Positions 12,311 to 23,571 of a stretch of DNA of 64,000 bases are shown piece after piece. The stretch comes from Octopus sinensis (lineage: Eukaryota), in NCBI RefSeq assembly GCF_006345805.1, contig NC_043009.1:27590001-27654000 (forward strand), written 5' to 3'. The notes beneath the pieces were generated by a model that did not search any database, was not told the origin of the DNA, and was given only the letters and a program-made list of their open reading frames with translations. Made by a program: the position numbers and the translations under genes. Every line of letters starts with the position of its first letter. The stretch's first letter is position 1.

Positions 12311-12836
12311 GTAAAAGTTATGGGAATAACAAATTTCAGATATTAATAATAAAATTGTACCCTGAAGCAATTTCACCCAGTCTTCTGAAGAAGAAAATTA
12401 AGCACTAACTGCAAACAAACATTCAGCGACATGTTCAAATATTAATTTGGGATTGAATAATATCAGATGACAAGGCAGGACCCAAGTGGGTAATTTTTTT
12501 CTTTTTTTCGCTCCTATTAATGACAAAGAGGCTCACTTTTATCATAGATCAGTATTTACATTTCTACTGAAGTCCAAAATATTGCAGTTGTGACTTACTG
12601 CTCCGTATATTCTGTTTGATCAAATAATGTTTCACATCTGCTTTACATCAAATAAAACAATGAGAATGCCGTTTTATTATATCCTTCGACATTCTAGGAA
12701 CATCTCACTCACAACCTCAACAAAGAAACTTAAATCTAAGCATAACAGAAAAAAAGGAAAAAAAATCAAAATGGAGACTTAATTTTCAGAACAATTATCT
12801 GAAATGCATTCCCACACATATGGTTGTAAGTATGTA

Positions 12837-12895
<59 letters not shown>

Positions 12896-12930
12896 ATATA
12901 TATAAATGTATATATATATATATGTGAAAT

Positions 12931-12997
12931 GGACAGCTTAATGGTAGACTACCCAGCCGGCATCTGAGAGCCAGGGGTTCGAATCACATGGCTGTCT
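12931..12997 (+). pseudogene. tRNA-like relic (isolated SINE head or tRNA pseudogene)
   Basis: AGCTTAATGGTAGA A-box and GGTTCGAATC B-box. D, T and acceptor stems do not form a canonical cloverleaf. Confidence 0.45.
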
Positions 12998-13239
12998 GTT
13001 AATAAAATTTTTCCATCTTATGAGGGCAATATCCGATTTTTCATGGCTATGCTGCATTTGAAATATTACTTTGATGGGTTATATAATTCATTTATTTATT
13101 ATAAGCTCACAGCTGTTCTTGATAGTCATTTAGGTGCATTTATGGTTCATTCTTATCAACTGATCAATTGATCGGCTGAAAATATAGGAGACCAGCAGCC
13201 CAAAGCTATCTTCCTCAGAGCCAAAACAAATCTGCCTTG

Positions 13240-13279
<40 letters not shown>

Positions 13280-13292
13280 GTATGTATGTGTG

Positions 13293-13372
<80 letters not shown>

Positions 13373-13602
13373 TAATAGAAATATTAAAATTACTAAGTCT
13401 CTCTAAAAGAGATCACGGCAGCGTTCCTGGAAAATAATAGTTATCGCCATACTAATATGGCATTCTTATAAAAATAAGAATAAAGCTGTTCGCTTATTAG
13501 CTCCATGAGGCCATCGCCTTAAGTTAGCTATTTGATACACAAACTGTATCCATATAACCTTCAAACAAGGGAGGTCAGTCGCCCCACACTACTTGACCGA
13601 CA

Positions 13603-13644
13603 GCTACAGACGCGTTTTGGGGTATTGCCCCTTTTCAATGTAGC
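13603..13644 (-). ncRNA. Minimal type I hammerhead motif, G12A (probably inactive)
   Basis: GCTACA TTGAAAA GGGG CAATA CCCC AAAA CGCG TC TGTAGC. Confidence 0.7.
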
Positions 13645-13884
13645 GTAGTCAGACCAGTAGGTGTCGCTTCTGACAATCTCTGTTCGAAGGTTTTATTTAC
13701 CTAGTTTCATATTAGTATGGCGATAACTATTATTTTCCAGGAACGCTGCCGTGATCTCTTTTAGAGAGACTTAGTAATTTTAATATTTCTATTATTGAAA
13801 ACAAGTGGATGTATTCCACTGAAACTAGGTAAATAAAACCTTCGAACAGAGATTGTCAGAAGCGACACCTACTGGTCTGACTAC

Positions 13885-13926
13885 GCTACATTGAAAAGGG
13901 GCAATACCTCGAAACGCGTCTGTAGC
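13885..13926 (+). ncRNA. Minimal type I hammerhead ribozyme with U3:A8 core variant
   Basis: Stem I GCTACA/TGTAGC, core UUGAAAA, stem II GGGG/CCUC, GAAA, palindromic stem III ACGCGU, predicted cleavage after C13920. Confidence 0.8.
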
Positions 13927-14151
13927 TGTCGGTCAAGTAGTGTGGAGTGACTGACCTCCCTTGTTCGAAGGTTATATGGATACAGTTTGTGTATCAAATA
14001 GCTAACTTAAGGCGATGGCCTCATGGAGCTAATAAGCGGACAGCTTTATTCTTATTTTTATAAGAATGCCATATTAGTATGGCGATAACTATTATATATG
14101 CATATATATATACATATATATACATACATACATACATATATATATTTGCTA

Positions 14152-14369
14152 TGAGGGTGTGCTGAAAAGTTCCTAGTTTTAAGGGTATCATGAAAGGCCT
14201 GGTTGGAGGCTCAACCTTCCGAGTTCTTTTACAGGGATTAGAAAAACTGAAGGACTACTGCAATGAGTGTGTGAGTTTAAGAAGGGGAATATGTTGAATA
14301 AAATCATAATTAATTGATCTGTCTGTATTTTCTTTTACTCAAAGCCAAGAACTTTTCAGCAACCACTTG
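14152..14369 (+). mobile_element. Mariner/Tc1-derived MITE
   Basis: TA flanks; terminal inverted repeats TGAGGGTGTGCTGAAAAGTTCCT / AGAACTTTTCAGCAACCACTTG; frameshifted transposase C-terminus remnant LQGLEKLKDYCNECVSLR..GEYVE*. Confidence 0.8.
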
Positions 14370-14539
14370 TATACACATACACACACACACACACACACAC
14401 GCGCGCGCGCACACATATATATAATATATAATATTGTTGATGTCACAAGGATATATAAACTTTCAAGTGCATGTGAAATAATTCTTTCTTAGAATACTGG
14501 ACCCTTGAAGCATATCATATAAAGCTATAAATAATTCTT

Positions 14540-14990
14540 TCTACTACAGGTTCAAGGTCTGAAATTGTTGGGGTGGGGGGGAAGGGACTAGTCGATTACA
14601 TCGATCTCTGGGTTTAGTTGGTACTTATTTCATCGACCTTGAAAAAAAATTAAAGGTAAAGTTGGCCTTAGCACAATTTGAACTCAGAACATAAAGACAA
14701 GTGAAATGTCACTAACCAATTTCTCTGGAATGCTAACGAGTCTGCTAGTTCGCTGCCTTAATAGAATATAAATATTGGATTGTGTCTTTGTGTTTGTAGC
14801 CCACCATCACTTAACATCTGGTGTTGGTTTGTTTATGTCTTTGTAAATTTTAACTTAGCAGTTCGACAAAAGAAGCAATAAAATAAGTATCAGACTTAAA
14901 AAATAAGTATGACTATTGATCTGTTTGACCAAACTCTTCAAAGTGGTGCCCCAGCATGGCCACAGTCCAATAACTAAAACGAATAAGAGA
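14540..14990. mobile_element. SINE family C copy (minus, about 14540-14760) followed by SINE family B 3' half (plus, about 14785-14990)
   Basis: Family motifs as described above. Confidence 0.7.
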
Positions 14991-16249
14991 TAAAATATAA
15001 AGAGATTGAAAATCTCTTTCAACTTCTTTCTATTTAACTGATATTTTGTGATATTTCCAACACCATTATCAATGCTTTAGAAATGCTCTGATCTTGAATT
15101 AACAAAATGGTTCTCTACCTCTTGTATCATTAATGGTGTTGCCCTATAGTCATAATAAGGACCTTGAGCTTTAACCCTGAATGTAATTGAATTAAGTTCC
15201 CTATCAATACAAAAGGAAGGGAAGTTACTTTTTTTTAAATTCTTACTCTTTGACTGTGAAACTGATACATTTCTTACAAAGAAAGAAATGTATACTACAA
15301 TGAAGAAAAGAAAGAAAAAAGACCCAAATACATAAACTAATAAAAAGAATAACAGAAAACAAAAAAAAAAAAGAAAAATATGACAAAAAAAAATAAAGGA
15401 TAAACCAAGAAAGAATACAAGAAAAATCTTTCTTCTATTTTCTTGAGTATATATGTTGGAAAATATTTAATCTCTTGTGTATTAAATCAGTTAAAAAAAC
15501 ACGCAAAACACAAAAAGTAATAAAACAATGTTAACAAATAAAGAAACAAACAAAAGCCAATGAAAACAAACAATCAAAGCATTACAATGACATTGTTAAA
15601 GATGAGGTGAAATAACAAAGGCAAACAGAAACTAAAAGTAATAGGAGTAGAAAATAGTAATAAAAGAAAACTGATAAAGAATGCCAACAGCCGTAGTAGT
15701 AAATTCAATGACAATAGTATAAGGCAAGAAAAACAAAAACCAAAAGAATCAAAACGAAAACAAACCCAAACAAAACAAACCAAACAGAAACAGTAGTAAA
15801 ATGAAACAAAATACATGCATACTGCTCTCTTTGGAATTAGGGACTTCCAGATAACATTACCCATCATATAATCACTAGAAGTTTTTATGAAACTGGATTT
15901 CCTGTAAAGAACAGCAATGGTACTTCACAAAAGATAGTTCTTTCTTTCATATTATTGGATTTCATTCAACTGATCGAAGATTTCAAATAATTTGCTTTAT
16001 TGCAATCTGTGGGAATAAGAAAGAAAAAGCTAAAACTACCACAGCAGTAGTTGTACTTTGACTTTTCTTCCCATCTTATCTTTACATTTATTTATTTTCT
16101 GTTTGCTTTATTTTCTACTTTGTTTTGTTTTGTTTGTTTGTTTTCTGCTTTATTTCTTTTATAACACTTTCTCTTCTACCATATTGATCTAAAATTCTCC
16201 ATAACAATCCTAACCAATACTTTTTTTAGTATCATGTATATACAACAAC

Positions 16250-16315
<66 letters not shown>

Positions 16316-16393
16316 CACTCACATACACATACATATATATATACATATATATATATATATACACACACATGCATACATACATACATACATACA

Positions 16394-16429
<36 letters not shown>

Positions 16430-16434
16430 CATAC

Positions 16435-16491
<57 letters not shown>

Positions 16492-16500
16492 TATATATAT
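16250..16500. repeat. Compound (TA)n/(CATA)n microsatellite
   Basis: Directly visible. Confidence 0.95.
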
Positions 16501-16793
16501 CTTGTGTGCAAAACATCATCAGCTTCTTACAGTCTGGATTTTTTATCATTTACAACAATGTCTCTGATTCAACCAGTTATTCTATACACACAAAATTCAC
16601 ATTAATATTAAGTCAAAGTATACAGTATTATAGATCCATTTCAGCTGATATTGCCATTTGATTTTGTATTGGGTATTAGATAACTGGATATTAAATAATA
16701 TTATGGTTAAATAACACCACGTGCTCTTCAGAAATATCAAGTATGGAAAAAGAAGCTAGCTTATGTATTCTTCAATGACTCTCTCTTTCCCCT

Positions 16794-16836
<43 letters not shown>

Positions 16837-17630
16837 ACACACACTCAGTGCAACAGTACCTATTTTGTATTCATGTATACTTATTTTATTGATAGCTGTT
16901 TGTTGAACTGCTAAGTTATAGGACATAAGCGATAACACTAGTGAAAATGTAAACACAGACAAACAAACCCATGTGCAGGTAGACATATACTCACACAAAA
17001 GCAAACACACATACACACACAATACTACACTGAGAAGAGGACCACAGTTGCTTGATTGGGGGTCCATATGAAATATAATGATTGCTAGACACTTGGTTTG
17101 CTTACTTTTAGCCAATATCTTATATTTAACGATATTATTGAACAGAAGGGAAATGCTGTTTCCAAGACAAATATACAAAATTTGGTTCATCTGTACTTCC
17201 AGAACAAGGGATGTTAGTTAAGTCAACTCAATTCTTGCATACACCACATGAAAATTTAGTGATTTTTCTGGCTTGATAGATGTGTGTGTGTGTGTGCATT
17301 ACCCCATCTGAATCCAACTCACCTGAGTCTACCCCTGGTTCTATGCTACAAACTTAATCGTGTGAAGTGGTCTAAAATTAAAGTCTTTGTTCAAAATTTC
17401 TGTTAATTTATGTTTCCAAAGGCTACCAGCTAAAGAATGGCAAAGTCCTTTTACTAATTTTTTCATTTTTTTCCCCAAATCACTTGAAACCAAGATAGCA
17501 TATTTGAACAGAAATGTGGTAACATATGGGTTAAAGAAGATACAAGCCTTAGACAAGTATTATAGACAAGTATTATAAAGAGAAAAAAAATTGCTTGAGA
17601 TCGTTTAAACCCTTTGTGTTTTGTTTATAG

Positions 17631-17693
17631 AGCGACCTTTAGAATGGTTTCTTTATGTTATGATTTCTTTTCTGTTCATCCTCATAATATTAT
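17631..17693 (+). CDS. Candidate 63-nt phase 1-1 exon encoding a transmembrane helix (RPLEWFLYVMISFLFILIIL)
   Basis: cctttgtgttttgtttatag acceptor and T|gtatat donor (alternative GC donor at 17704). Hydrophobic 16-aa run in non-repetitive DNA. Confidence 0.45.
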
Positions 17694-18206
17694 GTATATT
17701 CAGGCAAATAGATTAGTCATTAATCAAATCTATTACATTCTGTGATTATTGTGAAGAATCCAAAAATGATTTCATGATTTAATTTATTCAATTACACAAG
17801 ACAAGAAGATATTTGATGGATGGAAGTCGGTTATTATCTGAAAACTACAGTACAATATTCTAATATTCAGTACATTCATAAATAACTATAATTATATTAG
17901 TGACCAAACAAATACCTTTTATTCATGTATTTCGTTCAACGTCGTTCTAGACTTATTTTTGTCTGTTACTATCATGAAAACTTAGACTCTGTTATGTTAA
18001 CAACATTTCTTTTAGGCGTGGGAAGGCTGTGTACTTATGAAGTTTGCTTCCCAACCACATGATCTCAGCTTCAGTTCTACTGCACAGCATCTTGGGCAGG
18101 TGCCTTCTACTTTAAGCCCAGTCTGACTGGTGACCAAAGCTTTTTGGATGCATTTCATGGGTGGCAACTGTCTGTCTGTCAGTCTCTATGCATGTAATGT
18201 ATGTAT

Positions 18207-18537
18207 AGTGAGGGCGCGTGGCTTAGTGGTTAGGGACTTCGGCTCATGATCGTAAGGTTGTGAGTTTGATTCCCGGCGATGCGTTGTGTTCTTGAGCAAG
18301 ACACTTTATTTCATGTTGCTCCAGTCCACTCAGCTGGCAAAAATGAGTTGTACTTGTATTTCAAAGGGTCAGCCTTGTCACTCTCTGTGTCATGCTGATT
18401 ATCCCCGAGAACTACGTTAAGGGTACACGTGTCTGTGGAATGCTCAGCCATTTGCACGTTAATTTCACGAGCAAGCTGTTCCGTTGATTGTATCAGCTGG
18501 GACCCTCGTCGTCGTAACCGGCGGAGTCTATTTTTTA
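18207..18537 (+). mobile_element. SINE family A, full length, with about 11-bp target-site duplication
   Basis: GCGCGTGGCTTAGTGGTTAGG...GAGTTTGATTCCC head; AATGTATGTAT at 18196-18206 and 18538-18548. Confidence 0.9.
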
Positions 18538-18837
18538 AATGTATGTATGTATGTATTTATACATGCATCTATTATGAATGCATGCATGTCTGTACTTATG
18601 CATACATGTATGCATGTAATGTATGTATGTATGTATGTATATATGTATGTGTGTATGTATGTATGCCTGCATGTATGTATGCATGCATGTATGTACATGA
18701 CAGGCTTCTTTCAGTCTTACAAATCTAAGCAAGATGGAACTTCGAAGTCACTGTTAACATTTTCTGTGTAAAGGTACTCTATTAAAAGAATGTAGAGTAA
18801 TCCTTCAATTTAAACATTTACATTGCTTTAAATTGTT

Positions 18838-18882
<45 letters not shown>

Positions 18883-18887
18883 TATAT

Positions 18888-19064
18888 AGGAAAAGTTTAC
18901 GACAAAAACAGGTGGTGTACAAAACAAACAGATGTATTAGTATAATGCTCAGGAATAGAAAAAGTCTTTTACGTTTCGAGCCTACGCTCTTCTACAGAAA
19001 GGTACACAGAAAAAACAAGGAGAGAAAAAAGTGTGTGTAGTGGCTAATGATCTATCATGGTGAC
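18888..19064 (-). mobile_element. PLE-type terminal repeat, family 1, between (TA)n tracts
   Basis: Reverse complement of the 2430-2630 repeat. Confidence 0.75.
18966..19001 (-). ncRNA. Minimal type I hammerhead motif with intact stems (core CUGUAGA, A6U)
   Basis: CTTT CTGTAGA A GAGC GTAG GCTC GAAA CG TA AAAG. Confidence 0.75.
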
Positions 19065-19269
19065 ATATATATATATATATATATAAAGTGCTAAGAATGC
19101 GTATGTTTGAAAAGGTTAATCGAAAGTGCTCACACACAAGAACAAAATCTTTTTCCAGAAAAAGATTAGTAACATCCTGATAAAAGATATTACAACTTTT
19201 TAAAAAACTAATTAAAACAAAATACCCCCTTCATACTTAAAAACTATATTAAGTAATTTTTCACAAAAT

Positions 19270-19432
19270 GTGGTTGGCATTTGGAAGGGCATCCAGCTGT
19301 AAAAATCATGCCAAAACAGACCCAACAGCCTTGGGTAGTTTTTCTACCTGGCCAGCTCCTGTAAACAATCCTACCCATGCATGCATGGAAAATGGACATT
19401 AGATGATGATAATGATGATGATGGTGCTGATG
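19270..19432 (+). mobile_element. RTE-type 3' tail fragment
   Basis: GTGGTTGGCATTTGGAAGGGCATCCAGCTGT...CATGGAAAATGGAC-(GAT)n. Confidence 0.7.
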
Positions 19433-19458
19433 ATATATATATACATATATATATATAT

Positions 19459-19514
19459 ACTTTATTTAAAGCAGCAGAAAATTCAACAAAACCTGTTACT
19501 CTGAGTTTCACGTT
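19459..19514 (-). mobile_element. Truncated PLE family 5 piece (3' half of the HHR)
   Basis: Minus strand CGT GAAA CTCAGAG TA ACAGG; matches 27866-28015. Confidence 0.55.
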
Positions 19515-20054
19515 ATGTGTGTGTATATGTTTTGGCGTTTAAAAAAATAATTATATGTGTGAAAGAAAATGTGTTTGTGTATGTTTGAGTGCATGTGTCT
19601 TCTTTTGACATGGTGTGAAAGTTGTAGATGAGTGTCACAGATAAACATGCAGTGTCATTCATTTCCAACCTTCTGTGAAAACATGCTGGCCATTACAAAG
19701 TAATACTTTGTTAGGAAACTAGTGAGGGCTGGTAATACGAAGAGCTTCCAGCTGTAGAAAATCTACCTCAATGAATTCTATGTGACCCATGCAAACATGG
19801 AGTAAAAAATGGACATTAAACAGATAATAATGATGATTATAATGATGATTATGGTGATGATGATGATGACAACAGGTGTGTGTGTGTGTCTGAGCATCTG
19901 TGAGTTTTTTTGTATTTGTGTTCTCATAACAGTTGGTGTAGGTATTGTTTTTCACACACTTTGTGCTTTTGTAGATGTGTTAAATGAAAGATCCTTTGCT
20001 TGAAAAACAAGAATTAATTGTAAGAAGTGAATCCAGCTGTAAAAATTAATGTCC

Positions 20055-20112
<58 letters not shown>

Positions 20113-20509
20113 TTGTTTTAACCTATCGAAGCATGGAACAAATGGACCATAAAATAAATGAGTGAATGAAAGAAAGAATAAAGTCTAGAAGAAGGAGCAT
20201 AGACCATGATCTTCATGGACTCTCCAAGACCAATGAGCCTGATTCCATTGATGTTCCATTTAAAGTGTTGCAGAAGGACATCTAATGCATTTATTGCTCC
20301 ACCAATCCATTGTTTTGGATTGCTTTTTTTTTTTTATTAAGCCCACCGAATCTTAAGAAGTAGAACTTCTCTTAACATGATTTGAACTTAGAAAACAAAG
20401 AGCAGTAGCAGATATCACAGAGAATTTTACTGAATGTTCTAAGAATTTTGTCACCATCTATATCAGGTAAGGCAGTAAGAATTACATTTGTTACAATATT
20501 TTGATCTGG

Positions 20510-20935
20510 CTACAGTGGCAAATTGGCAATATCATTAGTGCCTTGGGAAAAATGCTCTGCAGCTTTACATTCAGAGTTCTTCTTGCTTTAAATTCAGAGT
20601 TCAAATTCTGCCAAGATTGACTTTGCCTTTCATCAATTCGGGATTAACAAAATAAGTACCAGTTCATCACTGGGGTCAGTGTGATCAACTTGACACTCCC
20701 TTTGAAATTTCTGGCCTTGTGCCAAAATGTGAAGCAATCATTAAGGTGGCAAGCTGCTAGAATTATTAGCATGTTGGCACAAAATAGCCAGTAGCATTTC
20801 ACCAATCTGAGTTCAAATTCTACCAAGGTCGACTTTGCATTTCATCCTTTCAGGATCGATATAAGTATCAGTTAAGCTCTATAGTCGATGAGATCAACTT
20901 ATCTCCTCTCCTAAAATTTCAGGCCTTGTGCTTAT
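20510..20935 (+). mobile_element. Tandem SINE family C copies
   Basis: GAGTTCAAATTCTGCCAAGATTGACTTTGCCTTTCATC and GAGTTCAAATTCTACCAAGGTCGACTTTGCATTTCATCC. Confidence 0.75.
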
Positions 20936-21494
20936 AATAGAAAGGAAAAAAATGGCCATCATGGATCACTAAGAGGGTAGCCAGCTATATTATTGCACTT
21001 AAGACATTGAAACACGATAAGACATTGAAAACATGATCACAAATATGTAATAAATATTGTGTAGATGTTATTATGAACATTGACAAATAAAGAAGAGGTT
21101 TTTGTTAGGATTTATAAAATCCAGAGAATTCTCTTGTAGTATTTATAAGACATGCATAAATATTAAAAATACAAAATGAAGAATATTATGCAATGACGGA
21201 TCTTTTGCGAAGTGTTTGTTATCAATCAAGTTTGACTTCAAAGATCAATCTGTCACTTAGTATCAATGTTTATTACCTTGACCATGTGGTTAGATCTTCA
21301 GATAGTTATTGTATTTAACAGAAAATAAGTTATAGCAGTATACACTCCATTAGAGATGTGGCTTACATAGATTTTAGCCTTTGACATCTTTAAAAAGAAA
21401 TGTCAAAACTAATTCATATTACTTAATATATCTCTGGAAAAGCTTATACATGTCTGTGTGCGTGTTTGTATGTGTATGTATGTATATGTGTGTG

Positions 21495-21530
<36 letters not shown>

Positions 21531-21819
21531 TTTGTGTGTGCATATGCATTCGTGCATATATGTGTATATATATATGTGTGTCTGTGTGTGTGTGTATATG
21601 TATATATACATGTCTGTATGTATAGATATATTCCTATGCACAATGTATATCTATACCTTTATAAGTGTATGCAAGTATGAAGATAAAGATATTGATACAG
21701 ATATATATCTAAAGCTACATGTATGAATGTATGAATGTATTTATTTCTCCCTCTCTCCTGATCTTTCTCTTTCTCTCTCCGACTCTTTGTATAAATATAT
21801 ATATATTTTATACACACAA

Positions 21820-21894
<75 letters not shown>

Positions 21895-22101
21895 ATAGGT
21901 ATAATATATATATATATATATAATGTATGTGTATATATAAGTTCACAGCTGGGGAACTTGGTTATAATATCTACATCAGTTTTATTGTCTATAAAAAAGG
22001 ACTAAGCACAGTGATTTATGATCTAAACTTCAAAGAAGACAATACACCCTTCAACATCATCATCCTTATCAACTATTTACTTTATTAACTCTTTTTTTCA
22101 G

Positions 22102-22128
22102 ACTGGTTTCAAAGACAAAGAGACAGAG
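22102..22128 (+). CDS. Candidate 27-nt micro-exon (WFQRQRDR in phase 1)
   Basis: ttaactctttttttcag acceptor and GAG|gtagga donor; continues the 17631 exon as ...ILIILYWFQRQRDR. Confidence 0.4.
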
Positions 22129-22636
22129 GTAGGATTGTGGCAGTTAAGAAGGAATTTTGTAAATATTTTGGAATATTATGAACATTATATTGTTTTATAT
22201 CAGTGAAATGGTGTGACAGTCACAATGGCTACATGAATGGGATGTCCATTTAACTGAAAATTCTTTAGCTTGACACTAGCTTGTATCTTCTCTAGCTGAC
22301 ATTCTGTCTCAAATATCTCAGATCTATTCATTTAGCAACTGAATGAATAAGACCAGGGGAAAAAAAACAAACAAAAAAGATATAAAACAGTGATTAGCAA
22401 TCATTTTTGTCTATGGACTCCTTTGATTACTACTTTATTCTGGTTGATCCCCATAATCATTCGATGTTTAAAAACCAGTTTTATAGATACTTCTTTCAAA
22501 ATTCCTTGTTTTGTTTATGTTTTGTTTTTCAACTCGTTGTTTGAACTATATAAAATGTCAGAGATACGAAACTTAGTTGTTTCTTGCACTATGAACATCT
22601 AAAGCAAAAGTTTTTCACAGACACTTAATATAATAC

Positions 22637-22891
22637 CATGGGTCTCCAATCAACTATTTCGCTTGTGTGGACACTCAAAAGTTTTATATTGACCCAGGTT
22701 GAGAACCACTGGAACCATTTATGGGCAACCTGTGGGCCATGGGACTTTCTGAATGGTATACCTAACAAAAAAATTGCCTAGAATCTTTTAGTAGAGTGGC
22801 CCACCTAATGATGACCCATGTCTTATGTGGCCCGCCTGATGATGAACATGTCTTATGTGGCCCATTTCTTGAAAAAGGTTGCCAATGCCTG
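22637..22891. mobile_element. Two adjacent hAT-like MITE relics; internal 31-bp tandem repeat
   Basis: GGTTGAGAACCACTG end; ATGGGCAACC...GGTTGCCAATGCCTG termini; GTGGCCC(A/G)CCT(A/G)ATGATGA(C/A)(C/A)CATGTCTTAT-like unit twice. Confidence 0.5.
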
Positions 22892-22989
22892 ATATAGACA
22901 AAGTACAAACAGGTGAGTTGTTTACAGTAATAAGTTTGAATCTTGTTGCAATGGAATAAAATAGGATTGAATCCTTTGGACAAACTCAC

Positions 22990-23025
22990 CTGATATTTAG
23001 CAGTGCTTTTCTTCCCTTTTATAAT
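22990..23025 (-). CDS. Candidate 36-nt phase 0-0 micro-exon (IIKGKKSTAKYQ)
   Basis: ttcaatttaatctgccag acceptor and CAG|gtgagt donor. Confidence 0.25.
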
Positions 23026-23432
23026 CTGGCAGATTAAATTGAAAAGCCATTGTCATATAATAATCTATAAAGGGTAAAGGCTTACAGGGGTGAAATGGTG
23101 GAATTGTCTGTTTCTAGTTTTCCATGGAAAACATGTCTGGTCAAGAGGAAATCTCATCTTGCTTGGAAACAAGGGAATGTTGATGACAGGAAGGGCATCC
23201 AGGTGTGGAAAATCTGCATTGATGAATTCTGTCTGATCCATGCACAGATGAATGTTGAAATAATGATGATGATGCTGATTAGCACATTACACAAAGTGCC
23301 TTGCAGTATTTGTTTTGGATCTCTAGGTCCTGAGTTCAAATCCTGCCAAGGTTAACTTTGTATTTCTTCTGGGGTTGATAAAATAAAGTGTTAGTCCAGA
23401 CTAGACTAGACCAGACTAGTGAATTGATCGAA

Positions 23433-23571
23433 GCTACCCACTTCTGCCCCACCTGTGGGAGGGGCTTCCTTGCCCGGATTGGCCTCACCAGCCACCTCCG
23501 GTCTCATGGCGGCAGTTCCATCAGATGATGTCAGTTGGTCATCTTCGAACCGAAGGACGAACATTATTATC
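23433..23571 (+). mobile_element. Extreme 3' end of an RTE/BovB-like LINE (C-terminal zinc finger plus short 3' UTR)
   Basis: THFCPTCGRGFLARIGLTSHLRSHGGSSIR* (TGA 23526-23528), then TGGTCATCTTCGAACCGAAGGACGAAC-(ATT)n. Confidence 0.8.

Larger units (their letters stand above)
13372..14095. mobile_element. PLE-type nested inverted-repeat structure, family 3
   Basis: 13434-13708 vs 13821-14095 is a 275-bp inverted repeat with about 6 mismatches counted by eye. 13372-13458 vs 13709-13795 is an 87-bp inverted repeat. Each long arm carries an HHR motif. Confidence 0.85.
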
